Below, in pieces: positions 9,913-20,146 of a stretch of DNA of 64,000 bases. Each line of letters starts with the position of its first letter. Position 1 is the stretch's first letter. Source of the DNA: Bacteroidota bacterium (GTDB lineage: Bacteria; Bacteroidota; Bacteroidia; 2-12-FULL-35-15). The notes beneath the pieces were generated by a model, which was not told the DNA's origin, searched no databases, and saw only the letters and a program-made list of their open reading frames with translations. The DNA is taken from contig JANYDQ010000236.1 in NCBI GenBank assembly GCA_025363555.1, positions 3,741 through 67,740 of the forward strand. Reading direction: 5' to 3'. The position numbers and the translations under genes are program-made.

Positions 9913-12285
9913 TCATAATTCAAACCCCCATTCATCCTTAAATGATTTATCTGGTGAAGCAGGCTTGTCAGGAATTTCCTTTTCAGTTTTTGAAGAATCG
10001 CTTTTATTTTTTTTATTTTTTTGAGTTGCAGTTTTCATTTCTTCTTTAAAATTTTTCTTTTTGGAAATAATTTCTTTTTTTTCTTGATGTGAATTAGTTG
10101 AGCTATTTTTATCAACCACTTCAACTAATGCAAAGTCTAATTGTTTTTTTACCAAATCTGCACGTTTTATTTCAATCCGAACTTGATCTCCTAAAGTAAG
10201 CACCTTACCATATTTACGCCCACGTAAACAATAATTTTCTTCATCAAAATAAAAATTATCATCACGCAATTCACGAATTCGCACCATACCTTCACAATGG
10301 TTCTCTATCAATTCTACAAAAATTCCCCATTCTGTAACCCCCGAAATAATTCCGTCAAACTCCTCTCCGATTTTATCTTCAAGAAACTGAACTTGTTTAT
10401 ATTTGATAGAAGCCCGTTCTGCATCTGCTGCCAACTTTTCCATATCCGATGAATGTTTGCATTGCTCTTCTAATTTATCTACATCCGGATTCTTCCCTCC
10501 ATCCAGATAATGTTGCAATAAGCGATGTACCATTACATCGGGATATCGTCGGATGGGAGACGTGAAATGGGTGTAATAATCAAACCCTAATCCATAGTGT
10601 CCGATATTTTTCGTAGTGTAAACAGCTTTTGCCATGGTACGAATAGCCAGCATTTCAATCATTCCCGCTTCCTTTTTTTGATTCACCTCTTTTAATAAAT
10701 TGTTCAAGGAATCGGCAACTCCTCTTTCATTTTTTACATTTAACTTATACCCAAACTTAGCAACAAATTCCGCAAAACTATTCAGTTTGTCAGGATTGGG
10801 TTTGTCGTGAATTCGATAAACAAAAGGTCGTTGAGAATCTAATTTTTTATCTTCCTTCGTTCCTTGTCCCTCGTCTCCTTTTTTCTTACCAACAAATTCA
10901 GCAACTTTTCTATTTGCCAAAAGCATAAAATCTTCAATCAATTGATTGGAATCTTTTGAAACTTTAAAAAATACACCGGTTGGATTTCCAACTTCATCTA
11001 AATGAAATTTCACTTCCATTTTTTCGAAAGCAATGCTTCCTTTCCTGAATCTATTTGCTCTTAATATTTTTGCTAAACGGTCGAGGGTTAATATTTCTTC
11101 TTTAAACTCGCCTTGTTCGGTTTCAATTATGGTTTGAGCTTCTTCATAAGTAAATCTTCGGTCCGAGTTTATTATCGTTCTTCCAAACCATTCGCCTATA
11201 ACTTCTGCGGCATCCGTCATTTCAAAAACTGCAGAGAAGCATAATTTTTCTTCTTTAGGACGCAGTGAACACACATTGTTTGATAATACTTCAGGAAGCA
11301 TGGGTACCACCCTATCCACCAGGTAAACTGATGTTGCCCTGGAAACTGCTTCTTTATCTATCATTGAATCGGCTTTTACGTAATGGCTGACATCGGCAAT
11401 ATGAACCCCGATTTCCCAGTTCCCGTTTTTTAATTTTTGAATTGAAAGTGCGTCATCAAAATCTTTAGCATCCACAGGGTCGATGGTGAAGGTGGTAATG
11501 TTTCTGAAATCTTTTCTTTTTGCAATTTCTTCTTCCGTAATTTTTACAGGAATTAAATCTGCTGCCCGTTCCACATCTTTTGGAAATTCATACGGCAAAC
11601 CATATTCAGCTAATATGGCGTGCATCTCGGTAGTATTTTCCCCCACATTGCCAAGCACATCTATTATTTCCCCTATCGGATTCACCCCGTTTTTGGGCCA
11701 TTCTGTAATCCGTGCTATTGCTTTTTGCCTGTCTTTAGCTCCCTTCAGTTTTTCCAGCGGAATGTAAATATCAACATGCATTTTATTACTGCTTGGTACT
11801 AAAAAAGCAAACCGTTGTGAAAGCTGTATTGTTCCTACAAATTCTGTCTTGGCACGTTGAATAATTTCTAAAATTTCTCCTTCCTGTTTTCCTCTTTGTT
11901 TAGCGAATAAACGCACTTTCACAATATCTCCGTGCATGGCGTTGAGCGTTTTCTTTGGATTTATCAATACATCGTCTTCGGTTTCTTCAGAAACAATATA
12001 GGCTATTCCGCTGCTGGTCATATCTACTTTTCCTGAAATAAATTTATCGATTGTTTTTATTTTGAATTTACCTCTTTCGGGTTCTGAAATAGTATCGTTA
12101 TTCTTTAATTCCAAAAGAATATCAGAAATTAATAAACGTTGCGACTGTTCGGTAATATGCAGTTCTGCTGCAATCTGTTTGTAGTTAAGCGTTTTATTGG
12201 TGTTCTTGGAAAGCACTTTTAAAACCTCTTCGAAGAGAAAATTTTTCTTCACTCCTTTTTTTCTGCTGTGATATTTTTTTGTCAT
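9913..12285 (-). CDS. rnr: ribonuclease R
   Basis: 790 aa; RNB catalytic core, S1 domain (GIISGVTEWGIFVEL), Lys-rich tail. Confidence 0.9.
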   Translation of the reverse strand: MTKKYHSRKKGVKKNFLFEEVLKVLSKNTNKTLNYKQIAAELHITEQSQRLLISDILLELKNNDTISEPERGKFKIKTIDKFISGKVDMTSSGIAYIVSEETEDDVLINPKKTLNAMHGDIVKVRLFAKQRGKQEGEILEIIQRAKTEFVGTIQLSQRFAFLVPSSNKMHVDIYIPLEKLKGAKDRQKAIARITEWPKNGVNPIGEIIDVLGNVGENTTEMHAILAEYGLPYEFPKDVERAADLIPVKITEEEIAKRKDFRNITTFTIDPVDAKDFDDALSIQKLKNGNWEIGVHIADVSHYVKADSMIDKEAVSRATSVYLVDRVVPMLPEVLSNNVCSLRPKEEKLCFSAVFEMTDAAEVIGEWFGRTIINSDRRFTYEEAQTIIETEQGEFKEEILTLDRLAKILRANRFRKGSIAFEKMEVKFHLDEVGNPTGVFFKVSKDSNQLIEDFMLLANRKVAEFVGKKKGDEGQGTKEDKKLDSQRPFVYRIHDKPNPDKLNSFAEFVAKFGYKLNVKNERGVADSLNNLLKEVNQKKEAGMIEMLAIRTMAKAVYTTKNIGHYGLGFDYYTHFTSPIRRYPDVMVHRLLQHYLDGGKNPDVDKLEEQCKHSSDMEKLAADAERASIKYKQVQFLEDKIGEEFDGIISGVTEWGIFVELIENHCEGMVRIRELRDDNFYFDEENYCLRGRKYGKVLTLGDQVRIEIKRADLVKKQLDFALVEVVDKNSSTNSHQEKKEIISKKKNFKEEMKTATQKNKKNKSDSSKTEKEIPDKPASPDKSFKDEWGFEL

Positions 12286-12390
12286 GCCTCAAAATTGCTA
12301 TTGTTTTATGGAAAAATAAAATTTTGTTAATAAATAAATAAATAATTGTACCTTGGTGCAACCTTTTGACGCTACTTTGCGTCTTAATAA

Positions 12391-12927
12391 ATGAACACCC
12401 TTATGACCGATGAGGAAATAATAGAAGGCTGTATAAAAAAAAACGCACTGGCTCAAAAGGCACTGTACGATAAATTTGCCAAAAAAATGATGGGGGTATG
12501 TTTACGTTATTGCGATAGTCAGGAAGAAGGAGAAGATGTTTTGCAAAATGGTTTTATACACGTTTTCAATAAAATTGATTCTTTCAGAGCAACAGGTTCT
12601 TTAGAAGGGTGGATTAGAAAAATAATTGTAAACACAGCACTTACTAGTTTAAGAAAGGCAAAAAAGTTGGATGCAAATGTGGAGATTGACTCTGTTGAAA
12701 GCATGACAGAAGACCCTAATCGACTGGGCGAAACGTTTGCAGTGAAAGAGTTATTAAAGATAATACAGTCGTTACCAACAGGGTTCAGAACAGTTTTTAA
12801 CTTACATGCCATTGAAGGTTATTCGCATAAAGAAATAGGAGATATGTTAGGAATCACAGAAGGCACCTCTAAATCGCAGTATTCAAGGGCAAAAGCATAT
12901 TTACAGAAAATTATACCGCAATATTAA
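12391..12927 (+). CDS. ECF-type RNA polymerase sigma factor
   Basis: 178 aa; region 2 (EDVLQNGFIHVF) and region 4 (GYSHKEIGDMLGITEGTSKSQYSRAKAYL). Confidence 0.85.
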   Translation: MNTLMTDEEIIEGCIKKNALAQKALYDKFAKKMMGVCLRYCDSQEEGEDVLQNGFIHVFNKIDSFRATGSLEGWIRKIIVNTALTSLRKAKKLDANVEIDSVESMTEDPNRLGETFAVKELLKIIQSLPTGFRTVFNLHAIEGYSHKEIGDMLGITEGTSKSQYSRAKAYLQKIIPQY

Positions 12928-12932
12928 TATTT

Positions 12933-13961
12933 ATGAAAAAGAAAAGTATAGAAGATTTATTCAAGGATTCTTTTGAGAATTTTGAAGCGGAGGTAAGTAC
13001 CAGTGTGTGGACCAATATAAAAACCGGGTTGAAAGGCATTGGACTTGGTTTTTTCGGAAAAGCAATTATAAACAAAATTGGTACTAATACTATTGTTGCT
13101 ATTGTCTCATCAGTGGCTACAGTTATTGGAACTGTTGGGGTAATGCACTGGACTGGGAATTCAGCAAAAAAGGTGGAAACAGCTAATAGCCCCGGCAAAG
13201 TTGCAACAACTTCTACTGCAACTGAAAAAATGGTGGTGCAACCAATTGCTGAAAACACAACCGAAACCGCAAAAGCTTTGAAATCAGAAAGTCTGGCGAG
13301 TGAAACAAACAAGGAAATTCCAAAATCTTCTGCTACTATAGGTACTGTCGAACAAAAAATGCAGGAAACAAAAGTGACTATTCAGCCTTTTAATAAAGAC
13401 AAGAAAAAAAGACAATCCGTTATTAATACATTTTCAGGCGAGCCGATTGCTTCCATTTTTCCAAGTCCGGTGGGTGGAACAGTTCCTTTAATTGTAAATT
13501 TATCTAATACCGGAAAGGGAACGGTAAATAAATGGAAATACAGTGATGGCAAAAAAGAAGATAAGACCGCTAATCCTGTTCACGTTTTCGAAAACCCAGG
13601 AATATACACTGTAACGCTCACATCTATGGATGCAGAAGGGAAAATGCAAACGGATAGCGTAAAAATAGAAGTAACGGGCAATTCGTCCATGTCGGCAGTT
13701 CCCAGAGAATTGACGCCAAACGGTGATGGCTTAAACGACTTTTTTCCTTTTAATGGCAATAATCTTGTTAAAATGACCGGGCAAATATTTGATACCAAAG
13801 GACACATAATTTTCGAATGCGACAAAATTGGAGCAAAATGGGATGGAAAAGATAAGAACGGAAAAGATGCCAAGCAGGGAATTTATTACTATTATCAAAC
13901 TGCTGAAGGAAAAGATGGTAAAAGATATGAGTCTAAAGGAAAAATTAGTTTGATACGATAA
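12933..13961 (+). CDS. membrane-anchored PKD-domain protein with T9SS type-B (CHU_C) sorting domain; anti-sigma-like N-terminus
   Basis: 342 aa; starts 5 nt after the sigma stop; hydrophilic N-terminus then one TM (IVAIVSSVATVIGTVGV); PKD-like block; C-terminal LTPNGDGLNDFF...KGKISLIR. Confidence 0.7.
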   Translation: MKKKSIEDLFKDSFENFEAEVSTSVWTNIKTGLKGIGLGFFGKAIINKIGTNTIVAIVSSVATVIGTVGVMHWTGNSAKKVETANSPGKVATTSTATEKMVVQPIAENTTETAKALKSESLASETNKEIPKSSATIGTVEQKMQETKVTIQPFNKDKKKRQSVINTFSGEPIASIFPSPVGGTVPLIVNLSNTGKGTVNKWKYSDGKKEDKTANPVHVFENPGIYTVTLTSMDAEGKMQTDSVKIEVTGNSSMSAVPRELTPNGDGLNDFFPFNGNNLVKMTGQIFDTKGHIIFECDKIGAKWDGKDKNGKDAKQGIYYYYQTAEGKDGKRYESKGKISLIR

Positions 13962-13992
13962 TCCTGCCTAATAATTATAACATCAAAAGGAG

Positions 13993-14021
13993 CCCTTTCA
14001 TTAATTTGAAAGGGTTTTTTT
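13993..14021 (+). terminator. rho-independent terminator
   Basis: CCCTTTCA-ttaatt-TGAAAGGG followed by T7. Confidence 0.65.
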
Positions 14022-14086
14022 GTAATATATTGATATGTAATTTATTGTTTGGTTTTAATTACCTTTAAAAAGGTTTGTTAATTCCA

Positions 14087-14170
14087 AAATAACGTTTGTT
14101 TTTTACGAAATAACATTTGGTTTTTGATAAAAACCATTTGGTATTTGGCAAAAACCAACATTGTTATTTG
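14087..14170. repeat. four 21-nt-phased A-tract/T-tract units
   Basis: AAATAACGTTTGTTTTTTACG / AAATAACATTTGGTTTTTGAT / AAAAACCATTTGGTATTTGGC / AAAAACCAACATTGTTATTTG. Confidence 0.6.
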
Positions 14171-14664
14171 GTAATCGTAAGTTTTTTAATTGCCTTAATG
14201 GGGCCCGGGCAATGTTCAGAATGGCAACTAACACAAGAATTAATCACCGCATTGTAATTTTGGGTCAATTCTTCTTTCGGGGAATGATAAAGCGTGTTTA
14301 GATTATCCAGGTAATTGGCGGCAAACCCATCAAAACTTGCTTTTTTGGTTTCGGAATCAGTTGGTTTGGCAGTATGTATTTTCAAAAATTCTTCCGGAAA
14401 TTTATCAGGAAGCTTGCCTTGCTTTATCATTTCCTTTAAACTTGCAGATGATTGAAGCATTTTACGCATCAACAATGCAAGCTCGCTATCGCCATTGGGG
14501 TTTATTTTTTTGCTCGAGCAGGTGGCGGTATCTTTTTGGGTTGTTTCTTTGGATAGGTTCTTGTCTTTGTTACTGCATTGTGAGAGCAATACAACAAAAC
14601 ACAATAAAGTAATTATTACAAAAAACTTATTTTTTAATAATAACGCCATTTGCTTCGAAGCCAA
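14164..14664 (-). CDS. c-type cytochrome-like lipoprotein
   Basis: 166 aa; signal peptide with LLSQC lipobox; single CVSCH haem-binding motif near the C-terminus. Confidence 0.6.
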   Translation of the reverse strand: MASKQMALLLKNKFFVIITLLCFVVLLSQCSNKDKNLSKETTQKDTATCSSKKINPNGDSELALLMRKMLQSSASLKEMIKQGKLPDKFPEEFLKIHTAKPTDSETKKASFDGFAANYLDNLNTLYHSPKEELTQNYNAVINSCVSCHSEHCPGPIKAIKKLTITK

Positions 14665-15116
14665 TATTTATTTCCAGTTCAGTAATTTTTGCAATTTCTT
14701 CCTTCGATTTACCACCGTCTTCGGCATAATGTTTCAAAGCCGCCACCGAAGTGGTATCGGTTTTAGCAACGCCTTCTATAAAAACAGTTTTGCCTGAAGC
14801 ATCTTTAGGAACAAAAAAAGCATAGTCCTTAAAACGAACTTTCATTGTTTGGTTATTGCCAATTGCCATATCCATCCAGCAACCTTTTTTCTGGCAAACG
14901 GCTTCAATGGTTCCGGTAAGTTTCACTTTCATGGAGTCTTTTCCTTTCATCATAATTGAAAGCTGTTCAGCAGCCACAGCACCTTTCAGTGGTAATGCTG
15001 TCTCCAAAATATTGAAGAGTGGTGTCTTTTGATACTGTTGCGTTTTTTACTTCCCCTTTGTTATTTCCGCAAGAGGAAAACAAAGCTATGATGGGAATAA
15101 ATAATAATTTTTTCAT
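14627..15116 (-). pseudogene. DUF4920-like lipoprotein, reading frame broken by a 1-nt indel (or assembly error)
   Basis: ATG at 15116 gives MKKLLFIPIIALFSSCGNN...YFGDSITTE. The rest (GAVAAEQL...VCQKKGCWMDM) is in another frame. The switch is at ACTGAAAGGTGCT near 14985. Confidence 0.6.
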
Positions 15117-15166
15117 ATTACTACAAATTCTAAATTTTTTTGCGGAAACAACTAATGACTAATGAA

Positions 15167-16513
<1,347 letters not shown>

Positions 16514-16536
16514 GTTTTTTAATTAGAAGATTAGTA

Positions 16537-16585
16537 GATGTGCTGATGTGCTAATTTCAGAACGGAATCAGCACATCAGCACATC
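16537..16585 (-). promoter_or_regulatory. perfect 16-bp-stem hairpin in the accB-accC spacer
   Basis: GATGTGCTGATGTGCT-N17-AGCACATCAGCACATC; arms are themselves tandem AGCACATC words; no U-run follows on the coding strand. Confidence 0.5.
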
Positions 16586-16599
16586 AAAAAATTAGCACA

Positions 16600-17097
16600 T
16601 CAGGCAGGGTCCACTAAAAACAAAGGCGTGTCATACTCTACAGGAGTAGCATCGTTCACCAATACTTTCACAATTTTGCCTTTAATGTCTGATTCAATTT
16701 CGTTGAATAATTTCATCGCTTCAATAATACAAACCGTTTGTCCTGCTGTAATATCATCACCAACATTTACAAATGGTCCTTTATCTGCCGAAGGCGAACG
16801 ATAAAATGTTCCAATCATTGGAGATTTAATAGTAATATATTTTGCATCGTCTGCCGCAGCAGTTGGCTTTACTTCCGGAGCTTTAGTTTCTGTTGCCGGA
16901 GCAGCTACCTGGTGAATTACTGGTGTAGCAATAGTTTGCACCATGGGTGATGCCTGTTGTGCACCCGATTGTTCTTTTCCTTTTCCGGCTGGGGTTTTAA
17001 TAATAATCTTAAAATCTTTGATTTCAATTTCAACCTCGCTAACGCCTGATTTGGCAACGAACTTAATCAAGTCCTGAATTTCATTTAATTTCATCAT
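16600..17097 (-). CDS. accB: acetyl-CoA carboxylase biotin carboxyl carrier protein
   Basis: 165 aa; Ala/Pro-rich linker; biotinyl-Lys motif IIEAMKLFNEI. Confidence 0.9.
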   Translation of the reverse strand: MMKLNEIQDLIKFVAKSGVSEVEIEIKDFKIIIKTPAGKGKEQSGAQQASPMVQTIATPVIHQVAAPATETKAPEVKPTAAADDAKYITIKSPMIGTFYRSPSADKGPFVNVGDDITAGQTVCIIEAMKLFNEIESDIKGKIVKVLVNDATPVEYDTPLFLVDPA

Positions 17098-17173
17098 CTT
17101 ATATAGTTTTACGAATTACGAATAAATACGAATTTACAAATCGCTACTGCTCTTATTACTTATTAAATATTAC

Positions 17174-18169
17174 TTATTTGCTGTCATATCCCCACTTCAC
17201 ATAAACCGCTCCCCAGGTAAATCCTGCACCAAATGTAGAAATAATTACGTTATCTCCTTTTTTTAACTGATTTTCGTAATCCCATAAACAAAGCGGAATA
17301 GTTCCAGCCGTAGTATTTCCATACCGCTGAATATTCAACATTACCTTTTCTGATGGCAACCCCATTCGTTCGGCAGTAACGTCAATAATTCGTTTATTTG
17401 CCTGGTGAGGCACCAGCCAGTTTATATCTTCCGATTTCAAATTATTATTTTTCATTATTTCCGCAGAAACATCTGCCATACCCACCACCGCTCTTTTAAA
17501 TACCGGTTGCCCGTCCTGGAAAACAAAATGTTCTTTTGCGTCCACTGTTTCATGAGAAGGCGGTTTTACCGAACCACCAGCTTTTTGATGTAAGTATTTT
17601 CTACCCGAACCATCCACGCCAAGAATAGAATCAATGACTCCATATCCTTCAGTGTTTGGCTCTAACAATACCGCACCTGCTCCATCACCAAAAATAATAC
17701 AGGTGGAACGGTCGGTATAATCAAGTATAGCCGACATTTTATCAGCACCCACCACAATAACTTTTTTATATTTTCCTGTTTCAATAAACTGGGCACCGGT
17801 AACCAATCCGAAAACAAAACCCGAACAGGCAGCCGAAAGGTCGTAGCCCCAAGCATTAGTGGCACCCACCTTATCGCAAACCACATTGGAAGTGGCAGGA
17901 AACACAAAATCGGGAGTAACCGTGGCAACTATTATCATATCAATTTCGGTAGCAGCAATTCCTCTTTTTTTCAAAAGCAAATTAATTGCTTCCACACACA
18001 TATCAGATGTTCCCAGCCCTTTGCCTTTTAATATTCTTCGTTCTTTGATGCCAGTACGGGTTTCAATCCATTCGGAAGTAGTGGGAACTAATTTTTCCAA
18101 TTCAGAATTAGAAAGTATATAATCTGGCACATAACCCGCAACAGCGGTAATAGTAGCGGTAGTTTTCAT
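17174..18169 (-). CDS. fabH: 3-oxoacyl-ACP synthase III
   Basis: 331 aa; active-site AACSGF, HQAN and GNTTAGT motifs. Confidence 0.9.
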   Translation of the reverse strand: MKTTATITAVAGYVPDYILSNSELEKLVPTTSEWIETRTGIKERRILKGKGLGTSDMCVEAINLLLKKRGIAATEIDMIIVATVTPDFVFPATSNVVCDKVGATNAWGYDLSAACSGFVFGLVTGAQFIETGKYKKVIVVGADKMSAILDYTDRSTCIIFGDGAGAVLLEPNTEGYGVIDSILGVDGSGRKYLHQKAGGSVKPPSHETVDAKEHFVFQDGQPVFKRAVVGMADVSAEIMKNNNLKSEDINWLVPHQANKRIIDVTAERMGLPSEKVMLNIQRYGNTTAGTIPLCLWDYENQLKKGDNVIISTFGAGFTWGAVYVKWGYDSK

Positions 18170-18175
18170 AAATAA

Positions 18176-19114
18176 TTATTGAAATACTTTTTTTATTTTC
18201 TCCCCCAATTTTGCTTCCACCACACTTTTGGTAAGCACTATCATATTTTTTACTGCAAAATCGTTTGATATTCCATGTCCAATCATAACGGTGGAATTAA
18301 TTCCCAACACAGGAGTTCCGCCATATATTTCGTAATTAAATCGTTCGAAATATTCGTCTTTTATTCCTCTTCTTTTTATTAATTCGTAAAATGCTTCTTC
18401 TTGTTTCAATACCACATTTCCTGTAAACCCATCGCACACTATCACATCCGCTTTGTCGTTAAACACATCCCGCCCTTCCACATTGCCAATAAAATTAAAA
18501 TCTTTCGAATCTTTCATCAGGGTGTGTGCTGCCTGCGCCACCAGGTTTCCTTTTTCGGGCTCTTCGCCAATATTCAATAAACCTACTTTCGGATTTTTTA
18601 TTCCATACACATTTTCTGCAAGGATAGAACCCAGCACTCCGAACTGATACAACACATCGGGTTTGCAGTCGGCATTAATCCCTACATCCAGTATTAAACC
18701 TACTCCGCCATGCTCTTTTGGAAGGAGAGTGGTGATACACGGACGAATGATTCCTGCTATGGTTTTGATGCTGAACATGCAACCAATAAGCATTGCTCCG
18801 GTGTTTCCATTGCTGGCAAAAGCATCTATCTTTCCCTCTTTTAAAAGATGAAACCCAACTGCAATACTGGAGTTGGGTTTTTGAGAGAAAGCTTTGGTAG
18901 GGTGTTCGCCCATTCCTATTACTTCGGGCGCGTCCACAATATCAAAATTGTTCGCATCCGCATTGTGTTTGGCAAGTCCTTCTAAAATCAGTTTTTTATC
19001 ACCTATTAAAACTATTCTTGCCTCCCGGGGTAATTCGTTATAAGCCTGCACCGCGCCCGAAATAGTAGCTTCGGGTGCATAATCACCGCCCATAATATCT
19101 ATACCTATCTTCAT
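18176..19114 (-). CDS. plsX: phosphate acyltransferase PlsX
   Basis: Start set at the ATG giving MKIGIDIMGGDYAP (canonical PlsX N-terminus); the listed longer ORF begins at a TTG. Confidence 0.9.
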   Translation of the reverse strand: MKIGIDIMGGDYAPEATISGAVQAYNELPREARIVLIGDKKLILEGLAKHNADANNFDIVDAPEVIGMGEHPTKAFSQKPNSSIAVGFHLLKEGKIDAFASNGNTGAMLIGCMFSIKTIAGIIRPCITTLLPKEHGGVGLILDVGINADCKPDVLYQFGVLGSILAENVYGIKNPKVGLLNIGEEPEKGNLVAQAAHTLMKDSKDFNFIGNVEGRDVFNDKADVIVCDGFTGNVVLKQEEAFYELIKRRGIKDEYFERFNYEIYGGTPVLGINSTVMIGHGISNDFAVKNMIVLTKSVVEAKLGEKIKKVFQ

Positions 19115-19207
19115 ATTTACTACGAAATTTGAATAATTAATAAATTTCAAATCACAGATTTCTAGTTACTGAATCTGTAATTTGAAATCTGAAATTTGTA
19201 CTATAAA

Positions 19208-19390
19208 TTAAGCAGTTTTTTTCTCCATTGCAAGTTTTCCCCGGTAGTAACCGCACTCACCGCAAACACGGTGATATAAGGTTGGAGCTCCGCAATTAGA
19301 GCAGGTGGACATGGTAGATGCTACCGCTTTGTCCTGTCCTCTACGGCTATCTCTTCTGGATCTTGATAATTTTCGCTTGGGATGTGGCAT
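19208..19390 (-). CDS. rpmF: 50S ribosomal protein L32
   Basis: 60 aa; MPHPKRKLSRSRRDSRR and CxxC...CxxC zinc ribbon. Confidence 0.9.
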   Translation of the reverse strand: MPHPKRKLSRSRRDSRRGQDKAVASTMSTCSNCGAPTLYHRVCGECGYYRGKLAMEKKTA

Positions 19391-19393
19391 GAT

Positions 19394-19451
19394 TAAATTG
19401 TTTTATTGTTAATTGTTAAATTGTTGTATTCCTAGATTGTTTTATTGTTTG
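19394..19451 (-). repeat. 8-nt periodic AACAATWW leader directly upstream of rpmF
   Basis: Coding strand reads AACAATAA AACAATCT AGGAATAC AACAATTT AACAATT AACAATAA AACAATTT AATC-ATG. Confidence 0.6.
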
Positions 19452-19483
19452 CACTCTATTTACTAATTCCTATTCGCTATTGC

Positions 19484-20020
19484 CTAATTCAATTTTATAT
19501 CTTTCAAACCATCCCACCTCGGGTCGATTGGTTTTTCTTTTTTTTCTTCTTTGGTTAAAAATTTCTTTACCTTTTTCAGCATTTCCTTGTCGCAGGTTGG
19601 TTTTCCTTTTGCGTCAGGCGGATGTGTACGCTTGATGGGTAACGACAAAGTGATGTACTCATATATATATTGCGACAAATCCAGCTGGTGTTCGTTTGCT
19701 GCAATGGTAATAATATCATCATCCTCATTATCCTCGTCCGAACCGCCTACTTTTACTATCAGTTTTTGATTGCCATTGATGGGCATATCAAACTCGGTAG
19801 CGCATAAGTCGCACATCATTTTTACTGTTCCGGTAATTTCAAACTGCAGCACCATCATGGATGATTGCTTGAGCAGGTTGACAATTATGGTAATATCTCC
19901 TTGTTTTATTTCTGAATAATCCAGGGGCTCAAAGAACTTATCTTTTACTTCAAACTCAAACTTATGCTCTCCAAAGCCTAAGGCTACAAACTGAATAATG
20001 TACTCTTTTCTGGTTTGCAT
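19484..20020 (-). CDS. YceD/DUF177 family protein
   Basis: Conserved position upstream of rpmF-plsX; CDLC...C pattern; ATG at 20020 preferred because the TTG at 20050 lies inside the predicted promoter. Confidence 0.8.
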   Translation of the reverse strand: MQTRKEYIIQFVALGFGEHKFEFEVKDKFFEPLDYSEIKQGDITIIVNLLKQSSMMVLQFEITGTVKMMCDLCATEFDMPINGNQKLIVKVGGSDEDNEDDDIITIAANEHQLDLSQYIYEYITLSLPIKRTHPPDAKGKPTCDKEMLKKVKKFLTKEEKKEKPIDPRWDGLKDIKLN

Positions 20021-20047
20021 TTTATCTAAGTTTTTAAGAAAAGACCG

Positions 20048-20077
20048 CAAAGGTAAAAAAATAAGCTTTACGGCAAA
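20048..20077 (-). promoter_or_regulatory. Bacteroidota sigma-A type promoter for the yceD-rpmF-plsX-fabH operon
   Basis: Coding strand TTTG-N18-TACCTTTG (perfect TAnnTTTG) ending about 27 nt before the ATG at 20020. Confidence 0.55.
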
Positions 20078-20146
20078 ATTTAAAGAAAAATTTAATTTTG
20101 GGGGGTGATTTGAGGAAGTTTTTAGGTTTTTGGAGAAAAAAGCACC

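Noticed and set aside
18176-19150. Longer N-terminal extensions offered by the ORF track (plsX 19150, yceD-like 20050, MORN 3989, TPR 48115, porP 56798, ompA-like 57792, sigma 47450)
   Set aside because: The extensions mostly start at TTG, run through leaders, promoter or REP elements, and precede an ATG that gives a canonical N-terminus or signal peptide.
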